A stretch of DNA of 64,000 nt from Gemmatimonadota bacterium (GTDB taxonomy: Bacteria; Gemmatimonadota; Gemmatimonadetes; Gemmatimonadales; GWC2-71-9): contig JAZDCY010000014.1 in the NCBI GenBank assembly GCA_036679645.1, positions 192,001 to 256,000 on the forward strand, read 5' to 3'. Below are positions 59,849 through 64,000 of this stretch, one piece after another (the stretch's first letter is position 1; the number at the start of each line of letters is the position of its first letter). The notes under the pieces were generated by a model, which worked only from the letters and a program-made list of their open reading frames with translations, did no database searches and was not told the origin of the DNA. A program made the position numbers and the translations under genes.

Positions 59849-59901
59849 AAGATGGTTGGGAGTCGTGAAAACCCCGTGAATCTCCACCGGGGTATCGTGA
59901 A
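59849..59901 (-). promoter_or_regulatory. Promoter with three TTCACG direct repeats and CATCTT -10 (copy A)
   Basis: CGTGAA at 59864, 59875, 59896; AAGATG at 59849. Confidence 0.75.
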
Positions 59902-59916
59902 GGCCACAAGCGGCCC

Positions 59917-59955
59917 AACGAAAGGCGCCGGATCCCTGTCGGAGGACCCGGCGCC
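59917..59955 (-). terminator. Terminator after peptide 2
   Basis: GGCGCCGGGTCC...GGATCCGGCGCC stem then TTTCGTT. Confidence 0.65.
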
Positions 59956-59980
59956 CCGGAGTTGGTGTCTCGATCCTTGG

Positions 59981-60136
59981 CTATATGCCGAGCCCCGGGC
60001 CGCGCATGGGTGCGATGCGCTCTTCCAACTCTTCGACGGACAGCTCGATGGCCTCGGCATCTTTGCCAGTGGCCTCGCGCACGGCTTTCTTCTGCTCGTC
60101 CGTCAGGCTGATCTTGAAGCTGGGATTGGTCGTCAT
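59981..60136 (-). CDS. Putative precursor peptide 2 (51 aa, ELEERIAP-MRGPGLGI)
   Basis: Own translation, missing from ORF track: MTTNPSFKISLTDEQKKAVREATGKDAEAIELSVEELEERIAPMRGPGLGI; GGGGAG RBS. Confidence 0.88.
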   Translation of the reverse strand: MTTNPSFKISLTDEQKKAVREATGKDAEAIELSVEELEERIAPMRGPGLGI

Positions 60137-60151
60137 GGTAACAGTCTCCCC

Positions 60152-60301
60152 TTAGCTCAGGCGGAAACGTGAGGGAGCGATCCGCTCTTCCAACTCTTCG
60201 GCGGTCAGCTCGAGGGCCTCTGCATCTTTGCCCGTAATCTTCTTGAGCTCTTCCTTCTGCTCCGCGGTGAGCTCGATGCGGAACTTCTTGTCGTCGGACA
60301 T
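60152..60301 (-). CDS. Putative precursor peptide 3 (49 aa, ELEERIAP-SRFRLS)
   Basis: AGGAGG RBS; MSDDKKFRIELTAEQKEELKKITGKDAEALELTAEELEERIAPSRFRLS. Confidence 0.88.
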   Translation of the reverse strand: MSDDKKFRIELTAEQKEELKKITGKDAEALELTAEELEERIAPSRFRLS

Positions 60302-60344
60302 GGTGCCTCCTGAAACGGGTGCCGGAGTGACGCGAACGAAGGCC

Positions 60345-60397
60345 AAGATGACCTGGCGGCGTGAATCCACCGTGAATTCGACTTGCCGGATCGTGAA
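60345..60397 (-). promoter_or_regulatory. Promoter with three TTCACG direct repeats and CATCTT -10 (copy B)
   Basis: CGTGAA at 60360, 60371, 60392; AAGATG at 60345; spacing identical to copy A. Confidence 0.75.
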
Positions 60398-60439
60398 TTC
60401 CCCGTAGTTTTGACCTCCCCGTCTCTCCCGGGGAGGGCT

Positions 60440-62689
60440 GTGGACCTTCAACTGACGCTGCTGGGGCCCCCGCGCCTCACGATGGATCCGGAACCCGAGG
60501 CCGTGCCACGCCTTGGTGCGAAACCCATTGCCCTGCTTGCATTTCTGGCAATGGAGCCGGGCCCCCACGCCCGCGACGAGTTGGCGGGGCTCCTGTGGTC
60601 AGATTCCCCCAACGATGCAGCCCGGGCTTCGCTGCGTCAGGCGATCCGCCAAATCCGAGGCGTCGTGGGCGAACGGCTCCAGGCGGGGCGCACCGCGGTG
60701 GAGCTGGACCCACCTATCCCGTGTGACGCCCGTGCGTTCCTGCAAGCCGTAAGTGAGGCGCCGGAGACTGCCGTCTCCTACGCCGCTGACCGGTTCCTTG
60801 CGGGCTTCTCGGTGCGCCATGCCCCGGCCTTCGAGGAGTGGACCGATACAACCCGGGAACGGTTGCGCCAGGCGTTCCGCGATGCGCTGCGCGCCGCCAC
60901 GCTCGGCGACATAGGTCGCTCGCGTTGGCGGGATGCGGCCCGGTGGGCGGAGCGGTGGATTGCAGCCGATCCCCTGTCCGACGAGGCGGTGCGCCACGCC
61001 GCCCAGGCGTGCTACATGGCCGGCGATACCGGCGAGGCGCTGGCCCAGTTTCAGCAATACCGCGAGCGGCTGGCCAACGAGACCGGCATGGAACCGGCAG
61101 ACGCGCTGCGCGAGCTGCTGGAAAGGATTGGACCCACTCCTCCGGTGGCCCAGCTGGCCGCCCCGCCGCCGGATACCGATCTCCCGAAACGGGGGTTCGT
61201 ATCGAGCCTGATCGGCCGGGAGGCGGAGTGGGAGCGGCTCACACAGGTGTGGCGCGAGGCGGCGGCGGGCGCATGTCGGACCATGCTGATTCAGGGCGAG
61301 GCGGGAATCGGCAAGACGCGGCTGGCCGAGGAACTGCTGCAATGGACCGCGGCAGAGGGAGCAACGGCCCTCCGCGGCAGGGGATACGATCCGGAGAGCG
61401 GCCTGCCCTATCAGCCCGTGGCCGACGCGCTGCACGGCGCACTGCAGGCACCGGGAATGGCGAGCGCGGCCCCTGAATGGCTCGCGGAGCTGGCCCGGAT
61501 CGTCCCGGACGTGCGCGAGCGCTTCCCGGGCCTTCCGACTGCCGCCGGGGCCGGCGATCCAGACCGGCGCGGCCGGCTGTTCGAGGCGGTGGCGCAGGCG
61601 ATCCTGGGACTCACGTCGGAGCGAGCGGTAGTGCTCCTAATTGACGATCTCCAGCGCTGCGATCCCGAGACGTGCGCCCTGCTCCATTTCCTCACGCGGC
61701 GGTTGGCGCGTGCTCCGATCCTGATTCTCGCCACCGCGACACTGGGCGAGATCGAGCGCGCGACCCCAGCCTCGCGCCTCTGTCGCACGCTCAAGGGCGG
61801 CGGTGCCGCGATCACCGTCTCTCCGCTGTCCGAAGCCCAGGTGTGGCGCGCCATTCGTGAGTTGGGCCGTATTTCGAGCCCCGATGGTGCGCGGCGCTTT
61901 GCGCGCCGCGTCCATGCTGTGACCGACGGCAATCCGTTCCACATCCTGGAGCTGCTCAAGGCCCTCTTCGCGCAGGGCATGCTGCAGACCGACCCGGCCA
62001 CCGGCGAATGGGTCACGACCACCGCGACCGGGGATGCTCCGTACGATCATGTGCGCATGCCGGCCACCGTGCACGACGCCGTTGCCGAGCGGTGCACGCG
62101 GCTGCCATACGAGCTGCGGGACCTGCTGGTGACCATGGCGGTGGCGGGCCGGCCCGTATCGACCGGCTTGCTCTCGCACGTGCACGGGACCTCGCGGCTG
62201 CGGGCCGCGGCGCTTGCCGACGCGCTGGTCGACCGCCTCCTCCTGGCGGAAGACAACGGTATGTACGGCTGCGCGCATCCCATTGTGCAGGATGTCGTGC
62301 GCGAGGACCTGACACCCGCACGAAGAGGCGAGGTACACCGCGCGATCGCGCTTGCTCTCGATACGCTCGCCCGCGACAGCCGGGGCGGCTGCCGACCCGG
62401 CGAGATCGCACGGCACGCGGAGCGGGGTGGCGAACTCGCCCTCGCGTTTCGTTGTGCGCTGGAAGCTAGCGACCTCGCGGTAGAAAATGGCGCCTACGAG
62501 GAGGCGCTCTCGTGGCTGGATCTTGCCGGAAGTGCGGCAGATTCCGAGACCGACACCGCCGCGGTCCACGAACGCACGGCGCGCCTCATGGAACGCACCG
62601 GCTGGCCCGAGCCGCCCGTGGGCGGCCACCGGAGCGGCACGCCGGCCGCCGGCTTCAGCCGGCAGGACATCGATCTGCGGCCGTCCTGA
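60440..62689 (+). CDS. SARP-like transcriptional activator (wHTH + BTAD + AAA ATPase)
   Basis: LTLLGPP, ALLAFLA, RDELAGLLW, ARASLRQA, DPLSDEA; LIGREAE, GEAGIGKT Walker A, LIDDLQ Walker B, TDGNPF. Confidence 0.9.
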   Translation: MDLQLTLLGPPRLTMDPEPEAVPRLGAKPIALLAFLAMEPGPHARDELAGLLWSDSPNDAARASLRQAIRQIRGVVGERLQAGRTAVELDPPIPCDARAFLQAVSEAPETAVSYAADRFLAGFSVRHAPAFEEWTDTTRERLRQAFRDALRAATLGDIGRSRWRDAARWAERWIAADPLSDEAVRHAAQACYMAGDTGEALAQFQQYRERLANETGMEPADALRELLERIGPTPPVAQLAAPPPDTDLPKRGFVSSLIGREAEWERLTQVWREAAAGACRTMLIQGEAGIGKTRLAEELLQWTAAEGATALRGRGYDPESGLPYQPVADALHGALQAPGMASAAPEWLAELARIVPDVRERFPGLPTAAGAGDPDRRGRLFEAVAQAILGLTSERAVVLLIDDLQRCDPETCALLHFLTRRLARAPILILATATLGEIERATPASRLCRTLKGGGAAITVSPLSEAQVWRAIRELGRISSPDGARRFARRVHAVTDGNPFHILELLKALFAQGMLQTDPATGEWVTTTATGDAPYDHVRMPATVHDAVAERCTRLPYELRDLLVTMAVAGRPVSTGLLSHVHGTSRLRAAALADALVDRLLLAEDNGMYGCAHPIVQDVVREDLTPARRGEVHRAIALALDTLARDSRGGCRPGEIARHAERGGELALAFRCALEASDLAVENGAYEEALSWLDLAGSAADSETDTAAVHERTARLMERTGWPEPPVGGHRSGTPAAGFSRQDIDLRPS

Positions 62690-62698
62690 CCGCGCATG

Positions 62699-62737
62699 GC
62701 GCCATTTGGGGCGCACTGCGTGCGCCCCAAATGGCGC
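62699..62737. terminator. 18-bp perfect hairpin between convergent genes
   Basis: GCGCCATTTGGGGCGCAC-TGC-GTGCGCCCCAAATGGCGC. Confidence 0.65.
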
Positions 62738-62749
62738 ACCGCAACACCG

Positions 62750-64000
62750 TCAACAGCAATCAGCACCTACCGTGCAACACGCGTACGAGACACGATCCTC
62801 GTGCGGTGCGAGTAGAGCGAACATGTCGGCGTAGGGCGGCCGCTGCAGTTTCGCGACCGTGTCGGTGCAGACCTCGTAGGGCTCGTTCCGCATGAACTGG
62901 TGGCCTTCCTCGTCGACGAAGATCTTCCCCGGACCGAGATACACCGCCCGATGTCCCTGAAACACGCATCCGTCCATCTTCTCGAACTTGTACCCGGCCA
63001 CCGTGACCGACGAAAAGGCGTACCCTTCGACTTCCTTCCAGAACGACTTCTCCTGCACCGTGAGGCCGTAGAATCCGGCGCGCTCCAGCTCGGCCATGAA
63101 CTGTTCTTCGGTCAGCGCGCCCACGAGACATTCACCCCATAACTTTGGGTTCACGCGCAAGTGCGGGGGGACGGGCCGATCGCTCACAATGTCGGATATC
63201 ACGAGCCGCCCGTGGTCGGCGAGTACGCGCCAAACTTCCGCGAACACGCGGGGCTTGTCCGGCGAGAGGTTCACGACACAGTTGGAGGTGACGACGTCGA
63301 CGGTTCCTGACTCGACCGGGATGGCCTCGAGAAATCCCTTGCGGAACTCCACGACGTCGTACCCGAGGTTCGTCGCCACGGCGGGCCTGCATGAATTGGC
63401 AACCGACAACATCTCGTCGGTCATGTCGATGCCGATGGCGCGGCCGCCGGCCCCGACCAGCTTCGCCGCAATGAAGACATCGATCCCCGCGCCGGAGCCC
63501 AGATCGAGCATCATCTCGCCGAGCTGCACCGCCGCACGCGTAACCGGCGACCCGCAGCCGTAGAAACGATCGAGCACGTCCTGCGGGATGTGGTCGGTCA
63601 TGCTCCGGTCGTACGACGTCGGGCAACACAGATCGGCCTTGGGGGACTCGGCCGCGGCACCGTAATATTCACGCACCGCGCGGCGCGGTTTGTCCACGTC
63701 GAACGACAGCACGCAGTTGGAGTGCAACGGCAACACGGGTCGCTCGGCGAGGGCGCCGTCAGCGGTGCCGCAGGCAATCGCACCTTCCCCCATGGCGTGC
63801 AACACGACCGGCGCGTCGTACCCCGACCGGTGATTCAGTCGATCGCGTTTTTCCCGCCCTAGCGTGGTCATTACGCGGCGGATCAACGCCTGCGTCACCG
63901 GATAGTAGGGATCCGGGGCGAACGGATCGCCGCCGGAGAAACACCACGCGTGCTCCCAGTCGCCGCCACCCGTCAGGAAGCGCAACGGATCGTCGTGGAC
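62750..64000 (-). CDS. ArsM-like SAM-dependent methyltransferase with large N-terminal extension (5' end beyond window)
   Basis: LCCP, FYGCGSP, LDLGSGAGID, GIDMTDEML, SNCVVNLSPDK, WGECLVGAL, terminal Cys pairs; frame open to window edge. Confidence 0.85.
   Translation of the reverse strand, partial: VHDDPLRFLTGGGDWEHAWCFSGGDPFAPDPYYPVTQALIRRVMTTLGREKRDRLNHRSGYDAPVVLHAMGEGAIACGTADGALAERPVLPLHSNCVLSFDVDKPRRAVREYYGAAAESPKADLCCPTSYDRSMTDHIPQDVLDRFYGCGSPVTRAAVQLGEMMLDLGSGAGIDVFIAAKLVGAGGRAIGIDMTDEMLSVANSCRPAVATNLGYDVVEFRKGFLEAIPVESGTVDVVTSNCVVNLSPDKPRVFAEVWRVLADHGRLVISDIVSDRPVPPHLRVNPKLWGECLVGALTEEQFMAELERAGFYGLTVQEKSFWKEVEGYAFSSVTVAGYKFEKMDGCVFQGHRAVYLGPGKIFVDEEGHQFMRNEPYEVCTDTVAKLQRPPYADMFALLAPHEDRVSYACCTVGADCC

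Overview
GC-rich bacterial chromosomal window; gene style (many 'ALADRY.IERELG.GGMA' Ser/Thr kinases, TonB receptor, DUF5916) suggests Gemmatimonadota (inference). Left end: type I R-M genes (hsdM, partial hsdS) next to tRNA-Lys, with a REP-associated tyrosine transposase that carries its own REP palindromes in frame wedged between them. Middle: c-di-GMP enzymes, amino-sugar genes, TA modules, IS630, five ordinary tRNAs, one tRNA-Leu-like gene with a non-canonical anticodon loop and a complementary trailer, a probable AhpD-like selenoprotein (CxxU plus SECIS-like hairpin), a candidate structured sRNA, and a duplicated PP2C / Arg-rich-Zn-finger-pseudoreceiver module. Best candidate for an undescribed system is 53.7-62.7 kb: three paralogous 47-51 aa peptides sharing an '...ELEERIAP' leader with short variable tails, next to GAF-GAF-HlyD, MFP lipoprotein and RRE-like/M50 peptidase/HlyD genes, two identically built SARP-type promoters (TTCACG x3, 21/11 bp spacing) and a divergent BTAD-AAA regulator. 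Several frameshifts may be assembly errors. All calls are by eye; no searches were run.
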